Source: a virus
Taxonomy: Duplodnaviria; Heunggongvirae; Uroviricota; Caudoviricetes
Strand: one strand, 5' to 3'
DNA length: 51,781 nt
IMG/VR virus record: IMGVR_UViG_3300032050_000030
Below, one piece after another: positions 1 to 12,800 of this stretch; the first letter of the stretch is position 1, and the number at the start of each line of letters is the position of its first letter. The position numbers were made by a program, and so were the translations under genes. The notes beneath the pieces are model-generated. The model was not told the DNA's origin. It ran no database searches and was given only the letters and a program-made list of their open reading frames with translations.

Positions 1-1
1 G

Positions 2-3000
2 AAAGAATTCAGAGAGAGAAAAGGTGAGTTTGTAGACAGACCAACAGGACAAAAGGTTAAGTTTTCAGAAGCTACAAATGAGCAAATAAAAGAACAACTG
101 GCTGAGGAATTCAGGGATTATGTATTGTATAAGAAGATTCCTGCTAAGCCTACACAAGGCAAACCCTTCATCCTCAGACTGTTTGCAGATCTTGTAAACT
201 TTATCAAAACCTTCTTCACTGGAAACAAAGCACAGGTTAACACTGCAAACCTATTTGAAAAAATAGGCACAGGATATTATAAACAATATGTTCCAGAAGC
301 AGGAGCTTTAGCTTTTGCTAAACAAGGACTTATTGATATTGAAGAGGCATATATTACAGCAGATAGTGAACTTCGTGTAAACATGCCAGCAGACACTGTG
401 CATGATATTATGCAGGAAATGACCTATCAGACTCTCAGGGGAATTATTGAAGACAATGAAAGTTTGTTCAATATTCCAACAATGAGTAAAACTGATTTGT
501 ACAATAGACTTCTGCCAGCTATCCAAAAAACTGTACTAAAGGGTAGAAAAGAAGCACAAGCTAATTTGAAACTTAAGAAGATAACTGAGGCAGCTGCTAA
601 CGAACAGATTAACAAATCAGTACAGCTCTGGAAAGATGTAACTAAGAATTGGAAAGACCTTGTAGACAAACATCAGGAATACCTGAAGGTGTATTCTATT
701 GAGTTTGATGAGAATGATGAATTACAATTCAAGGATGAGGATAAAGTGAAGGAGAGTGATTATGTGGATGCTAGAAAAATTGATGCTTTCAAGAAAGCTA
801 ATTCTGCCATTAAGCTTTTGTTCTCTACACTCCCAGTGAAGGATACTAATGACAAACCTGTTTATTCTTCTATAAATGGATATAAGTTGGTTCCTGCAAG
901 CCAGGCATTTATATCTGTTATGAATAATGTTCATACATCTCGCACCCCTGATGAAATGTTAGAAAGGCTTCGTGAGATGGCTGAAAATGATCCAAACTAT
1001 CGTACACTGTATAGGCGTTTGACAAAGGTGGATTATTCTGCAAACACAGATAGTCTCGATGGTATCACAGAGGTGCATGATGGTCAACTCTTGGCTTCCT
1101 TCTGGAGAACATTCAAGAAATACAATCCAGATGTAAAGAATGTATTTATATTTGAAGATGGAGCTGTTGAGGTGGGTGATTCCAATCTTGCTACAGCAGC
1201 CAGACAAGTGAAGAGTGGATATGTTAATGAACTCATTGATCTTGTAAAAAGAAAGAATCCATACTTTGTATACTCTCAGGATAGGAAAGCATATATAGGT
1301 AATCCTGCTGGTGTTGCAAAATTTGGTGAATTCAAACCAGAGGGAGCTCTTACAGAAATTGATAAGATGGTGGCTTTCCTCAAAACTTTGGGCATTGAAT
1401 TTAAAGCAGAAGATGTAGCCAAGCTCCCTGGAAATGTACAAGATACATTCAAAGATGCTGTAAAAGGCATCAAGAGAAGTATTGAGAAGACTGACATGAT
1501 TGTTACAATGGGTGGTAAGGTGCTGAAGATTGATGGTAGGCTTATGTCTCTTGCTACAATTAAAGCCACAATTGATAATCCTGAGTTTGATAGCACATTC
1601 TTTAATGTTAAGGGTGAGCGCACACAAACATTCATAGGAACTAACCCATCCTCCGATCTGTTTGATTATTTGTCCAAAGTGGAAAGTCTCGATGATCTAA
1701 TTGGTACTCCATATGAATACCTAGTCACTGATGCATTTTCTAAGTCATACACTGATGCTGAAGGAAATCAAGTTTCAACATCTGTAATCCTTTCTAAGAT
1801 TTTCAACTATAAATCTGGAGAACGTAAGGGTAAGACAGAGAATATTATGAAGCCTGGTTATGCTGATGGTACCATCAATCGTAGCAATGGTAAAAAGAAA
1901 GAGTCTTCCAAGTTGAATTTCAGAGAGCGTCTTATACAAGAGATTAATCTGAATCTAAAAGGATACTATTACAATCTTGTACCTGGAGATGCTTCCATTC
2001 AGCATATGACATTTATGGGTAATCATATTAACCCAGATGAACTGTTGACCACTGGATATAACACACTCAATAACATATTCAAAGGTTATTTCATATCTGA
2101 GTTGGAACTCTCTAGATCTGATAGAAGGGTGGCAAAAGATAGGAACAATAAAGACTTGAGGTTCCTCAAACCCATTCTAGATGCATATGATCCTTCCCTG
2201 CACAAAGAGATATTGAAGGATAAGAGATCTGCATTAGAGGTTTATAATTCTTTTGAGAAAAAGATAAGTGCTGCTGTACAACAGTTTATTAAAAATGAAT
2301 CTGATAATCTGAAGAAGACTCTCACAGACTATAATATTATTAGTGTATCTCCTGAAGGATATTCTGTAGAAAATATTGGTTTTCAAGAAACTGACAATGT
2401 TTCAGATGAAGCATTGAATAGACAACTTAACTCACTGACAATCAATTATGTAATCAATAATATTGAACTGCATAAACTTTTGTATTCTGATCCATATCAA
2501 TATTCAGATGAGCTCAAACGTATTAAGAGCTTCCTTTCACCACGCCAAGCTATTGTTCATAGTTCAGAAGAAATGAACAAGGTGTTTGATAGGGTTTGGA
2601 ACAAGGGATATGAAAAGGATGATGTTGGATATACAGACATGACTCAGGAGTTCTTCCGTACAACCACTCTTGCTGATGTGAAAGCAACCAGTGCTCTAAA
2701 GGATTATGGAATATATGATGAGACAGATGGCAGTGGTATCATAGCAATGAAAGCCTATCGCAATCTTAGAATTAGGGCTGCTGACTGGACTGATAATGAG
2801 GAAAAACAATATAGGTATGATATAGCCTGGATGAAAAGAGATAAGGGTTTACCTGTTTCTCCTGAAGAGCAAAAGCTTCTGAATGCTGGTAATCCAGAAG
2901 TGATGAGTGCATACACTCCATATAAGCCTATTGTGGCTGGTGATAAAGCTAATGGTCAAAGCTTCAATGATGTGGTGCTTGATAAATTTGCTCTCTATCC

Positions 3001-6000
3001 TCTGTCCTATAGAATCATGAAAGAGATTAACAACTCTTCAAATGGTGTTAAGCTCTATGAGAAAATGCAGAATGAAAACATTGACTATGTTGTGTTCCAG
3101 AGTGGTAGAAAGGTGGGAGCTGAGGGAACTAATCAAGTGTATAATGAAGATGCATCATTCAATGAATCTGAATATGAAGGAATTGTAAATGTTCCATTCA
3201 ACATCATATCTGTACAATCAGAGGTTCCTTCTAAAGAAGAAGCTGTTGTAACAAGAGGTTCTCAGGTGACTAAACTTGTTACCATGGACTACATGCAAGC
3301 AGGTGTGCCTATTGACTTTATGTCTAATGAAAAAGACTTTACAAAGAGGTATATAGCTTGGAATGCTCTTGCTGATAAAACTTCTTATAATGGTGGTGAC
3401 AATCTTTATAATGAAATAAAGACTAACGAAAAACTACTCAAAGCTCTTACAGATTTTGGATACAAAACCCTTCTGAAGAAGATGGGTATTGAGGAAACTA
3501 TTGTAGATGGTAAGCCAGAGTTTAAAATTAAAGATTTCTCAAAAGTTGCTGAAACCCTACGTGATGAGATTCTCAAAAGAGAAGTGAATGATAATGTTTC
3601 TGATTCTTTAGCTGGATTCTTGGAAGGTGATGCAGTTCTTGAAGCCACACCTGCATATCAACAGGTAAGGAATATTCTTTATTCTATTGCTGACAAGAAT
3701 GTAATTAGTACTAAAATCAGTGGTAGTCAGAAGGTACAGATTCCTTCTACATTTATGGAATCCAATCGTCTGAAGGCTGAAGGTAAAGAGGGTAAGGTTT
3801 TCTCTACAGAGAATGGTCTTAAGTTCTATGAGAAAGATGGTGAGCGTGTATGTGAGATAATGATTGGTAGATGGTTTGATAGTCCTTTGTCTGATGAAGA
3901 ACTTCTTGACATGTGGTATGAGAAGAATGAGGATGGTACAAGAAGTACAAAACTAACAGAAGAAGGAAAGAAGATACTATCTGGTGTAGCTTTCCGTATT
4001 CCTACACAGAAACAAAACTCTATTGATAGCTTTGTAATCAAGAAGTTCCTCCCTAGGGAATTTGGTGATTCTGTTGTGATTCCTTCAGAGCTTGTTAAGA
4101 AGGTGGGATCTGACTTTGATATAGATAAACTCTTCATCTATCTGAAGAATACATATATAGATGCAAAGGGGCAGCTCAAATTGATTCCTTATTTTGGAAT
4201 TGGAGATGATGCAAGAAGTAAATATGAGCCCATATTCTATGACATTCTTCAAAGCAAAATTGACAAAGCTGAAGCTAAGAAGCTTTCTCAAACAAATCTT
4301 CAGGCAATGTTTGGAGATATTGCCCTAGGACAAGCAAAAGAAAAAACCACAGCTAAATGGGTTCCTTTATTCAAACAGTTCTTCTCTGAAGAAGTGGTAG
4401 ATGGTAAATTGAATGTTAGGAATGTTGAGGACATATTCATGATGAGACTTCAGAAGCTTGGAAAGAAACTAGACAAGCTTACTGACTATGATATTCAAGA
4501 AATACTTCTTGATGAATTTATGGATAGAATGTACAAGAAGTCTCTTGAGAATGAGTACATCCAATCTATGCAAAATCTTATCTCTCATCCTCTCAACTTC
4601 GACAACCTCATCAAACCAAACTCAGCAGATCCTCTGAAGGACCTTGCTGGTGATATTACCAGAAAGCTTGGTTTGCAAAAACTTGATTCTTCCTCCACTA
4701 GTAGTTTGATTAGTAGGGATTATATGACAAGGTTGAGACATGCATTTGTTACAGGTAAGTATGCAATTGGTATTGCTGCTGTGAACCAAACAAACCATTC
4801 TTTGAACCAGAGAGTACCTATTTATATTGATCTTGACAGATTTGACAATCTCAATGAGACAGATAAGTTCTGGATAACTGGAGGAACTAAAGATAGAAAA
4901 GATGCTGTTCTTAAGTTTAAGGACAATGAATTTAATCAGATTGATGTAGATGGTAAATCGGTTACCACTTTGTCTATGATTAAGAACAAAGCTAATGAGA
5001 ACATCTCTGATATCATTGGTATGTTTATCGATGGATATGTAGACATCTCTAAGGGTCCATGGATTATGGAACTTGGTGCCACACCGAATGTAGCTTCTAC
5101 ATGGTTGTTCTTGGTTAAAGCTGGTGTTCCTATTAAAACTGTGGCTTATTTCATGAACCAACCTATCATTCGTGATTATCTGCGCAAGATTGAGAATGAG
5201 GGATATTCATGGTTGTTTATTGATGACTTTGTAAAAGAAATTAAAGAGTCTGATAAATATAGAACATCTAGGTCTATTAATGATGTTAGAACCTTACCAT
5301 CAGCAACAAAGATGTATGAAACTATAGGTAAGGAAAAGCTTGACCAAGATGAGAGAATCAACCAGCACTTTGTACTGAATGAGTTCTTGAAATATGCCAC
5401 CATGGCTAACCAAATGTTCCAGGTGACACAAGGGTCAAACTTTGATACCTCAACATTCAACGATCCATATCTGATCTTCAAGAAGCTAAGACAATATGAG
5501 AAAGCTCAGAATACAATCATTTCTTCTGTAGATAAAATATTGGACAATTCTTTCATAGGTGATCTTCGTGAGAAGCTGGACAATATAAGAGGTGCTTTTG
5601 CAGAAATTCTTAAGTCTGACCACCCAACTGTTAGAAATGTAGTTCAGAAGGTGCTTGATCCATATGTGGATATGCCAGATAGGGAGTTTGTTAAGATAGC
5701 ACAAAAGATTGTGAACGACCTATTTGATTGGGCTGTGCAGGTAAAAGGAGGGGCAAATTCTCAGATTGAGTCAATATTACTGTCTGATAATAACGCTGCT
5801 AAAGAAGTGGACAAGTTTGTTAAAGAGGTGAAAGCTAACAGTAAACATCCTCTGTACAATAATCAGGTGATAAACATGTTCACTCCTCACTTCTCTAGTA
5901 GGGACAATAGTGTACAGAACCTGAAACTGAACAATAAGACAAATAAGGTTTATGATCAGAACCAGGTAATCTACTCTTTTGAGGAGCTCAGAAAATACCT

Positions 6001-6865
6001 GAATGGTATTAATAGTCCTCTCTATAAGAAGATTGTGAAACTTGCTGTTCTTCAGAGTGGTTTGTCAAACTCTCCTATATCATTTACATCTCTTCTTCCT
6101 TATCAGGATTTTAAAGAAGAATACAACGAAGTTCTATCTAAGTTGGAAAAAATTACTAACTTAGAGGACTTCGCAGATCTGGATGTTTTCCAAAGAAACA
6201 ACTGGAACGATGATGATATAGTACCATATAGAAAAGGTAAGATGAAGTTTCCTAAAGAAATTACACCAGAGGGAAAAACTATATACACTGGACCTCCTTA
6301 TTACAGTGAACTTAGATGGGGTAGAGGTTTTGGTGATGTCAAAAAAGCAATGACAGATGGTAAAATCCCACAGCTCATCAGACTTGATAGTCGCTCTAAA
6401 CAAGCAGGAGATGATGTAATTGTGTTCTCTTGGGAGGTAGGTACAAAGAAAGATAAGCAAGAAGCTAGGGCTAGAGGTGATTTGTCTTACATTCAAAAAG
6501 GGCTATTCAAGAAGGTGTATAATGGAGGTCAACCTTACATAATTGAAGACTATTTTGGTAATCCTCAGTTTGTATACAAGATGATAAATGCCTGGGGAGA
6601 TAGTCATCAGGAAGAAGGTAGATACTTCAGTGCTAATGAGTTCTATGATCATGCAAGAAAAAGCAAGATAAACAACGGATTCATCCCTGTAGAAAATGAG
6701 GTGGATGATACAACAGTGGTGGCATTCTTTGAAGGAACAGCTGGACCATTTAGCACAGATAAAGAATCTACTTCACCAGCTCCTGCATCAGGAACACCTT
6801 CAAATAAAGATGTAGTGAATGCCTTGAAGAAAACTAATACTATAGACAAAAAATGTAATAGCTAA
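2..6865 (+). CDS. Giant virion-packaged RNA polymerase (phi14:2 gp66 / crAss-like type), 5'-truncated by the window edge
   Basis: FRIPTQKQNS followed by GSDFDIDKL (DFDID at 4112-4126), the DxDxD catalytic motif of crAss-like two-barrel RNAPs. The frame is open from base 2 (KEFRERKGEF...EQLAEEFRDYVLYK), so the TTG at 125 is not the real start. Confidence 0.9.
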   Translation, partial: KEFRERKGEFVDRPTGQKVKFSEATNEQIKEQLAEEFRDYVLYKKIPAKPTQGKPFILRLFADLVNFIKTFFTGNKAQVNTANLFEKIGTGYYKQYVPEAGALAFAKQGLIDIEEAYITADSELRVNMPADTVHDIMQEMTYQTLRGIIEDNESLFNIPTMSKTDLYNRLLPAIQKTVLKGRKEAQANLKLKKITEAAANEQINKSVQLWKDVTKNWKDLVDKHQEYLKVYSIEFDENDELQFKDEDKVKESDYVDARKIDAFKKANSAIKLLFSTLPVKDTNDKPVYSSINGYKLVPASQAFISVMNNVHTSRTPDEMLERLREMAENDPNYRTLYRRLTKVDYSANTDSLDGITEVHDGQLLASFWRTFKKYNPDVKNVFIFEDGAVEVGDSNLATAARQVKSGYVNELIDLVKRKNPYFVYSQDRKAYIGNPAGVAKFGEFKPEGALTEIDKMVAFLKTLGIEFKAEDVAKLPGNVQDTFKDAVKGIKRSIEKTDMIVTMGGKVLKIDGRLMSLATIKATIDNPEFDSTFFNVKGERTQTFIGTNPSSDLFDYLSKVESLDDLIGTPYEYLVTDAFSKSYTDAEGNQVSTSVILSKIFNYKSGERKGKTENIMKPGYADGTINRSNGKKKESSKLNFRERLIQEINLNLKGYYYNLVPGDASIQHMTFMGNHINPDELLTTGYNTLNNIFKGYFISELELSRSDRRVAKDRNNKDLRFLKPILDAYDPSLHKEILKDKRSALEVYNSFEKKISAAVQQFIKNESDNLKKTLTDYNIISVSPEGYSVENIGFQETDNVSDEALNRQLNSLTINYVINNIELHKLLYSDPYQYSDELKRIKSFLSPRQAIVHSSEEMNKVFDRVWNKGYEKDDVGYTDMTQEFFRTTTLADVKATSALKDYGIYDETDGSGIIAMKAYRNLRIRAADWTDNEEKQYRYDIAWMKRDKGLPVSPEEQKLLNAGNPEVMSAYTPYKPIVAGDKANGQSFNDVVLDKFALYPLSYRIMKEINNSSNGVKLYEKMQNENIDYVVFQSGRKVGAEGTNQVYNEDASFNESEYEGIVNVPFNIISVQSEVPSKEEAVVTRGSQVTKLVTMDYMQAGVPIDFMSNEKDFTKRYIAWNALADKTSYNGGDNLYNEIKTNEKLLKALTDFGYKTLLKKMGIEETIVDGKPEFKIKDFSKVAETLRDEILKREVNDNVSDSLAGFLEGDAVLEATPAYQQVRNILYSIADKNVISTKISGSQKVQIPSTFMESNRLKAEGKEGKVFSTENGLKFYEKDGERVCEIMIGRWFDSPLSDEELLDMWYEKNEDGTRSTKLTEEGKKILSGVAFRIPTQKQNSIDSFVIKKFLPREFGDSVVIPSELVKKVGSDFDIDKLFIYLKNTYIDAKGQLKLIPYFGIGDDARSKYEPIFYDILQSKIDKAEAKKLSQTNLQAMFGDIALGQAKEKTTAKWVPLFKQFFSEEVVDGKLNVRNVEDIFMMRLQKLGKKLDKLTDYDIQEILLDEFMDRMYKKSLENEYIQSMQNLISHPLNFDNLIKPNSADPLKDLAGDITRKLGLQKLDSSSTSSLISRDYMTRLRHAFVTGKYAIGIAAVNQTNHSLNQRVPIYIDLDRFDNLNETDKFWITGGTKDRKDAVLKFKDNEFNQIDVDGKSVTTLSMIKNKANENISDIIGMFIDGYVDISKGPWIMELGATPNVASTWLFLVKAGVPIKTVAYFMNQPIIRDYLRKIENEGYSWLFIDDFVKEIKESDKYRTSRSINDVRTLPSATKMYETIGKEKLDQDERINQHFVLNEFLKYATMANQMFQVTQGSNFDTSTFNDPYLIFKKLRQYEKAQNTIISSVDKILDNSFIGDLREKLDNIRGAFAEILKSDHPTVRNVVQKVLDPYVDMPDREFVKIAQKIVNDLFDWAVQVKGGANSQIESILLSDNNAAKEVDKFVKEVKANSKHPLYNNQVINMFTPHFSSRDNSVQNLKLNNKTNKVYDQNQVIYSFEELRKYLNGINSPLYKKIVKLAVLQSGLSNSPISFTSLLPYQDFKEEYNEVLSKLEKITNLEDFADLDVFQRNNWNDDDIVPYRKGKMKFPKEITPEGKTIYTGPPYYSELRWGRGFGDVKKAMTDGKIPQLIRLDSRSKQAGDDVIVFSWEVGTKKDKQEARARGDLSYIQKGLFKKVYNGGQPYIIEDYFGNPQFVYKMINAWGDSHQEEGRYFSANEFYDHARKSKINNGFIPVENEVDDTTVVAFFEGTAGPFSTDKESTSPAPASGTPSNKDVVNALKKTNTIDKKCNS

Positions 6866-9800
6866 TGAGTTGCATAGTAACATACAACAATCAGCAAATG
6901 CCAGAGAAGGAATTTATTGAAAAATATATTCCTAAAGAAGGTGAGATTATTGAATATGATGGTATTGAATATATTGTTAGAGATGCTGGAATTAGTGGCT
7001 CTCAACTTCTTAAAGGCGAATCACAGTTAGCAATCTATGAAGATGGTGAAGATGCTGCTGCTGAAAGATTGAATGCTCTTGATAGTATTCCTGTCTATAA
7101 CCTTGATCCTGTAGGAGAAGCAACTGTGGTGTTAGGTGGAATTGATCCAATATTTAATATTCCTCTTACAGCACTTCTTCAAAATGGGTTTACTAAAACT
7201 GGAAGAAAAGTTGAAATAGTTACAAAAGGAGAAGATCTTCTTTTTCAATTAAACTCCAAAGAAATAATAGAACCTGCAATACAAGAGTTGGATGACTTTC
7301 TTCTAAAATTTTTAAAGCAATTTGGAGTTAGGTCAAAAGAATTTGATGAACTTAAATCTAGACTTGGTGTAGATGCTCTTGGTGCTACAGATATTTTAAA
7401 TAAGCTGATTTGGGTAACTAAAAATAGAAACGAAGAAACTGTTCCAGAAGAAGCTGGTCACATGATAGTTGCCTTGATGGGTGAGAATAATTCAATGATT
7501 AAAGAATTACTTTTTGAAATAAAAAATTGGCATGAGTATAGTGATATTGAAAAAACATATATGCCAATTTATAATAATGAGAAGCAAGTAAAGCTTGAAG
7601 CAATTGGTAAACTTATTGCAAAATCTCTTGTGAGGAATTATAAAGCAAGTGGTTTAGATAAATCATTGCTAGAAAAAATGTTAGATGCTATTGAAAAATT
7701 TATTGACAGCATGTTTACTAATTCAAATCTTGTTGCAGCAATGCAATATAATGAGAAACTTGCTGATCATATTGCGATAAATGTTCTTAGTGGAAATACT
7801 GAATATATTGGCAAACTTACAACAAATACACCAAAGCTTGATTATAAAAAAGCATTAAACGGTAATCCTTTAGCTAAAACTATAATAGAGTTTTTTACAG
7901 GTAAAGGAGCAAAACTTACAGGGTCTATAGCAATTGCTGGACAAGGAGAAGATATATATAGAAGTTCAGAAGAACCAATCCACGATGTTGATTTTGCTGT
8001 AAATTCTGTACAAGAATTTAATGATCTTGAGGAGGAATTAGATAAACTAAATGCTGTGCATTATCATTTTGGATGGAGTAATAAGCAAAAAGATTACACT
8101 ACATATGCATATATTATTCCAGCAAAAGGATATACTATAAAAGTTTACGACAGAGATCATTTAAGAGGTAATGGTTGGGTTACAAGTTACGACGTCTTAG
8201 ATGAGAATGGTAATATTGTGAAAAAAACTTCTAAGAACCATATGGCTGTAGACTTTTTTGTTTATAAGGATGGTTTAGCAAAATCAGATAATTCTGTATT
8301 CAAATCTTTCTCTGATATATTTTTTGGAAAACTTACACTTAGTCCAATAGGAAATGCAGAAAGATTATTTCAAAGAGAAAAAGATCAGGAAGATTATAGG
8401 TTAAGTAAACCTAGGAGAATCTACCAAACTGGTGGTGAATTTAAATATTTACAAACAGAAGAAGTGCCTGCCTCTAGAGCTTCTGCAGAAACCTTAAATA
8501 AGGTGAAAGAGGCTGCTAGGAAAATGGGTATTGATATTCAGGAACTTGCAGACTATGCTAAAGGTAATCCAGATATGGATACTAGAGGGGTTAATGGTTT
8601 GGCAGATCTTACCAGAGGCATAATTGCATTAGCTGAAGGAAAAGAGGGTGTAGCTCTTACGGAAGAAACTGTGCATATTGCTACAGCTATATTAGAGCAA
8701 ACCAATCCTAAGCTTGTCACAGAAATGATAAGCAAGATTGATAGGTTTAAAATCTATAAAGAAACACTTGATAAGTATAAGAACAATAAGAACTATCAAC
8801 TTCCTAACGGTAAACCAGATATCCGTAAGATTAAGAAAGAAGCTGTCGATAAGCTTATAACTGAGGTGATTATTAACAAGAACGAAAATATTGAACAATA
8901 CCCAGAGCTCAGAGAAGAAATAAATCAATCTATTGTAAGGAACTGGTGGAACACTATCCTTGATTGGATTAGAGGAATATATAGGAAATCTAACATCTCT
9001 CTATTTGAAGAAGCTGCTGCTCAGATTGTTGCTGGTGAGATAGGTACAGTTGCTGATATAACAGAAGGTGGTGTAATGTTTCAACTCTCTGATAATCAGA
9101 AAACTATACAAGAAAAGATTCTTGCTACACAGGATGAAATTGAAAAGGTGGTAGAAGATGAGACTAAGGTGGAACCTGTATTACTTGATTCAGAAGAAGC
9201 ACGTAACTATTACAGAAGAAAGAAACCAGATGGTACCTTTGAAACAATTAAGAAGAGGGTTACAGATAGGGTGAAGGCTTGGTATAAGCGTAAGTTTGGT
9301 GACAAACAATTCACTCCTGAAGAGAAGAAGTTTAATGAGCTAAAGAGAGATCTTGGTATACAAGGTCACAAAGACTTAGAAGAAATACATGGTAGATATT
9401 TTCACAAGGATGGAACAAGAAGAGCTTCTCCTGGACCAAGACCTACTAAGTTTAGTAACCTATCTGAGGAAATGTATGACAAGCTCGAAACGTATTTTAC
9501 AGATCTTCTGAAAACACTTGATCCTAAAACAATTGTTCTTTCTGAGGTGATTGTTTATGACAAGAAAAATAAAGAAGCTGGTACGATAGACTTTCTTGCT
9601 ATTGAACCTTCTGGTAAAGCACACATCCTTGACTGGAAGTTTATGCATATTAAGGGAGACGATGTTGCCTGGTTTAAGCAGGGAGCATTCAACATTCAGC
9701 TTGGTACATACAAGAAGATGCTTCGTGAGAACTATGGTATTAAAGAGTTTGGAATGACAAGAGCTATTCCAATAGCTATGGAGTTTAAACTCAAAAATCC

Positions 9801-12800
9801 CAGAGATCCTAAGTCTGGCTCATACCTTGGAGGTATAGCTATTGGTTCAGTGGATGTTAGCAAGATTGAAGACCTGAGGCTAGTTCCTATATCTGAAGAA
9901 ACAGAATCCACAGGATTTGAAGCATTGGATGAGATTCTTAGAAAGATGAACGGTCTTCTTGCTCAGATTGGTAAAGAGAAGGTAGGGGATGAAGAAGAGC
10001 GTGAGTTTAAGATAGAGCGTTTGAACACACTTAGAAAAGCAATTCGTTTGGCTCAAACAACAATGAATATTGCTCCTCTTATTGATGTGATTGAGGTGAT
10101 GAGAAAAGAGGGTGATAGAATCCTCGATGATTACAATGCTATTTACAAAAATAGGCCTGCTAGATCTAGTGATTCTAAGAATGCTGAATTATCTGATTTT
10201 GCAGATGACATGAATAACTATATCAAGCTTTCTGATATATTTGTGAATATTGGTAGAAAAATAGGAACACTTGTATACACTCCTCAAATGGAAGCTGAAG
10301 TCACTACAGAGGAAGAGAAAGCTGACGTTGCTCAAAGAAAAGAAGTTTTAAGAAAACTAAGAGAAGAATCTGATGCTATCTATGATTCTAGAGAAGCTAT
10401 AAAAAAAGCAACTCTTGATTTTGCTGATAAACATATTGGTGAAAGAAACTTAGTATTTGGACTTCTTAAAGCAGAAAAGGTGTTAAAGGGATTGGCCTCT
10501 ATGTTTAGAGGTGCTGCAGATATATCACTTAGGTCTGTAGAGATTCTTACAAAACTTGTAAATAATGCTCAAAGTTTAGCTACCAAGGATGCTTTAAGTG
10601 AAGTGGAGCAACTTATGTCTATTAGGGAGAAGCTTGCTAAAAGAGGAGGAGATCTTAGAAAACTTGTTCAACAAGTGTATCAGAAAGATGACAAGGGTAA
10701 GATTGTAAACAAACTGATATATAAATACAAAAAAGAATTCTTTAGTGAAGTGGATAAAAAAGCTGAAGATGGTGGAGATAAGAATTGGATTTTACAAAAC
10801 ATTGATGTAGAAGCATATAAGAAAGAAGCTGAAGAAAAACTAAAAGATCAGATAAAGAAGATACAAGGAAACAGATATGCAGGTACGCCAGAAGAAGAAA
10901 AGGCTACAAAAGAAAGGCTTATAGAAGAGGCTAAGCGTAAGTGGGATATAGATAGGATTGACTTTGATGGATGGAAAAACCATATCATAAAAAGACACCC
11001 TCTTGCAAAATGGTATTCTGAAGAATATAAAAATCTTCAGAAAGATCCTGAATTGATGGAGCTTTATAACTTTATTGTAAAGTTTAACAAGAAGGCTGAA
11101 GATACTGGATACATAAGTAATCAGATGTCAAAGATATTCCTTCCTTTTGTAAGGAAGTCTATGGCTGAAGAGCTAGTTTGGGATAATAGATTGTCTGTTA
11201 TGGACAATTTTTATAAGAGTATACAACTCAATCCTGATGATACAGGATATGGGGAATTTAATGAAATTACTGGTGCCCTTGAGAATAGTATTCCTAAATA
11301 CTATACAAAAGACTTTACATTTAAGGATGGGGTGAATGATTATTCTGATGTAAGTGAAGATTTGTTTAAGAATCTTATATTGTATATTCAACAAGTTAAT
11401 AAGTACAAATACTTAACAGATGTTGAGGGTCAGCTTAAACTTGTTAAAACAATTGAAGAATTCAAGAGTCATCTTAACACTGACAGACTTGGTAACGTTG
11501 TTTATGAAAACGGAAAACCTAAAGAAATTGAGGGTAATGAACGTAATACAAAAATATACGATGATTTCCTGAGAGTAATGTTGTATGATCAGAAATATGT
11601 AATTGATGATTCTGATTTACCATTTAATATTGGAAAGGTCTTAAACTTTGTTAAAGATGGTGTTAACAAGGTGGCTGGAAGAGAAGTTTGGAAAAAAGAC
11701 GAAGATCCTAAACCAAGTTCATTAATCAAAACAATAGATGCTGCTAATAGGGCGTTCCAACTAAAAACCTTGGGATTTGATTTTATATCTGGAGCTGTGA
11801 ACATGTTTGGTGGAAACATTCAGTTAAGTACCCAAGCAGGTAACTATTTTAAAGCTAGGGAGTTTGCCAAAAATGAGGCAAAACTTACATTTCAGAGATT
11901 TGATAGTAATGAGGACAAAGAAATGTTTGTACAACTCATCAATACATTTATGCCTTTGAAGGATGATCCTTCTTATAAAATGTACAAACAAGCAGGTATG
12001 TCAAAACTCACTCAGGGAAATCTAAGCGATACATTGATGTTCTTTATGAGACAGCCTGAAATACTGATTGAAAAGTCTGTATTCCTAACCTTGTTGCAAA
12101 ACTCCATGGTGGTAAATGGTCAGATTGTAAATATCAGGGAGCATGTAAGAAATAAGTATAAAGGCAGGTATGACTCAGCAGCAAGTTACAATGCTGTAAA
12201 AGATGATATTGAAAATGAAATAAATGAACTCAAAAGAACAAAGTCTATAGATAAGACAAAGAAACTTGTTGATGGAAAACTTGAAATACCTGGACTTAAT
12301 TTAAATAATATAGAAGAACTTCAACGTCTAACAAACCTGTCTAGACGTATAGCAGCAAATGCTACAGGTTCAATGACCAAAGAGAATATCAATAGAATGT
12401 CAATGTCTGTATGGACAAAGTCCATGATGGTGTTCAAAAACTGGATTCCTAAGCTTATTGATACAAGGTTTGGAGAGTTTAGAAAGGTGGTGGATGATTT
12501 CTCTGTAAGGGTTACAGACGATGGATTTATTGAAGGTCAGAAATATGATATTGGTAGAATTAGGCTTCTAACCCATGTGTTAGGTGATGGTATAATTACA
12601 GGTGCAGCCAATCTAAAAAATATACTTTATCTAAATGATGCTGGTTTGGAAAGACTTGATCAGATGTTTGAAGAGTTTAGAGAAAAATATGAACGTGAAA
12701 CTGGAGAAACATTAAATATATCCAGAGAAGACTTCATTGATCTTATTAGAACCAATCTTAGGAATCAGGTGAAGGAACTTGCTATACTAGTTTCTCTAAT

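Noticed and set aside
125-127. ORF-track starts at 125, 27060, 40514, 41376 and 48478
   Set aside because: The frame is open upstream at 125; the others fall within promoter elements or upstream of better-supported ATGs (27024, 40547, 41385, 48457).
308-11819. Many short minus-strand ORFs opposite the two giant genes
   Set aside because: Fully antisense to long, motif-bearing genes, with no recognisable motifs.
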